64,000 nt of DNA from Squalus acanthias (lineage: Eukaryota), in contig CM059432.1 of assembly GCA_030390025.1 (NCBI GenBank), positions 115,942,001 through 116,006,000 on the forward strand. The letters run 5' to 3'. Under the pieces are notes generated by a model. That model saw only the letters and a list, made by a program, of their open reading frames with translations, had not been told where the DNA came from and ran no database searches. This document shows, piece by piece, positions 63,186 to 64,000 of this stretch. Numbering within the stretch: position 1 is the first letter of the stretch; the number at the start of each line of letters is the position of its first letter. The translations under genes were made by a program, and so were the position numbers.

Positions 63186-64000
63186 TGGAGGTGTTGCATA
63201 TTTAAAATAATAGTTAAAATATTGGACATAGGATTGTCATATGAATGTCTGTTAATAACGGCAACCAAAATTTCTAGGCTTACAGAGAGAAATTAATAAC
63301 TTACCTAACCAGTCTGTCTGCAACAGCTTCCTCCACGTCTCTGTTTTCTCTAACACGCATGGTCCCTCTCTGCTATTTCTGACATAGAGATTAACACAGA
63401 GAAAAGTCCCATCAGAAGATTATAGATATTACTAAGCAATGTGGTACAATATTTTACTTAAGTCTGAAAAATTATCAGTTGCTGATGCATTTTGTTACAG
63501 TTCTTGAATAATCCAAAACTTTAATTTAGAGAAAGCAATATCCGTGATGAAGATTACTTAATATGAGTAATGATGCCACAGACTTATTGAACTTCTCTAA
63601 CTTCTAATGTTTACATATTGTGCATATACTGAGGATTGGAAAGTTCTTGAGTACAAAAGAATGCATCCAGTGACTGTACTTGCAGACAATCCCAACTCTT
63701 GTAGTTTGAATGAGATGGAATCTAAACTCAAATTCGTGTACTGTAGTGCCCTCTAATGATGAGACAGATGCTGTAATATATATTTTCATATACTGGCTAG
63801 CATAAAAACATCATGCGGCCAGAGGCAATCGTAATGAGAAGGGATATCTCAGAAATTTGACATTGTTGTTTACTGGCAGCACAGACATACTTTGAGAAAT
63901 TATGCTATTGGGTAAGTGGCATATTTCCCACAACTCAATGCACACAACAATAACCTTATAGTGCGGAACACAACGGGCCAAAAATTCGGCACTTGCCGGG

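Overview
Repeat-dense vertebrate DNA, most likely from a cartilaginous fish (shark). This is inferred from a V-SINE/HE1-type SINE, CR1 dominance with an esterase ORF1, Penelope tails and many Harbingers. Most of the window is nested transposable elements: many CR1 LINEs, L2 LINEs, one RTE LINE with a 90-bp target duplication, a 1.44-kb solo LTR, Penelope-like fragments carrying minimal hammerhead-ribozyme cores, a hAT MITE, and several PIF/Harbinger elements. The Harbingers include a three-level nest (19419-25657) and a near-intact two-gene element (56346-60548: spliced Myb/SANT gene plus DDE transposase). No host protein-coding gene can be named. One well-bounded minus-strand exon (18959-19140) and a CpG-rich island (~46.0-47.0 kb) suggest the window may overlap an unidentified minus-strand transcript. 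I found no clearly new biological system. The best leads are listed as findings.
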